A stretch of 64,000 bases of DNA from Eledone cirrhosa (taxonomy: Eukaryota): positions 117,552,001 to 117,616,000 of the forward strand of contig OZ024743.1 in the NCBI GenBank assembly GCA_964016885.1, read 5' to 3'. Under the pieces are notes generated by a model. It had not been told where the DNA came from and did no database searches. It saw only the letters and a list, made by a program, of their open reading frames with translations. Positions 63,953 to 64,000 of the stretch are shown here, one piece after another (within the stretch, counting starts at the first letter, position 1; the number at the start of each line of letters is the position of its first letter). The position numbers and the translations under genes were made by a program.

Positions 63953-64000
63953 TAATAGTCTACTTTTGCTTTAGAAACATTACTAAAAAATCTGTATATT

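Larger units (their letters stand above)
1..64000 (+). repeat. Tandem tDNA array (macrosatellite), ~1259-bp unit x ~50.8, each unit Lys(psi)-Phe-Asn
   Basis: TTTTAACAATCTAAAGTAG recurs at 1, 1260, 2523, 3786, 5045 ... 61697, 62956; units differ only by scattered SNPs and 1-4 bp indels. Confidence 0.99.

Noticed and set aside
1-64000. CRISPR-like or integron-like cassette array
   Set aside because: Spacers are near-identical between units rather than unique; no cas or integrase gene; the tRNAs are eukaryotic type

Overview
The whole window is one head-to-tail tandem array of an AT-rich ~1259-bp unit (about 50.8 copies, U1-U51, lengths 1257-1263 bp) that runs off both ends. Each unit carries three + strand, eukaryotic (metazoan-type, no encoded CCA, Pol III A/B-box) tRNA-like genes, each followed by a T4 run: a degenerate tRNA-Lys(CTT), a tRNA-Phe(GAA) with a T-stem mismatch fixed in every copy, and a tRNA-Asn(GTT). 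That makes 153 tRNA-like genes. No credible protein-coding gene is present. Unit variants form higher-order repeats (2-mer, 8-mer and 5-mer periods) and two sub-domains meeting near 37.8 kb. Many lesions fall in the T-arm/B-box. It reads as a tDNA macrosatellite under concerted evolution, partly decayed; I see no direct evidence for a novel protein-based system. Comparisons to canonical tRNAs are from recalled vertebrate-type sequences, and variant counts were made by eye.
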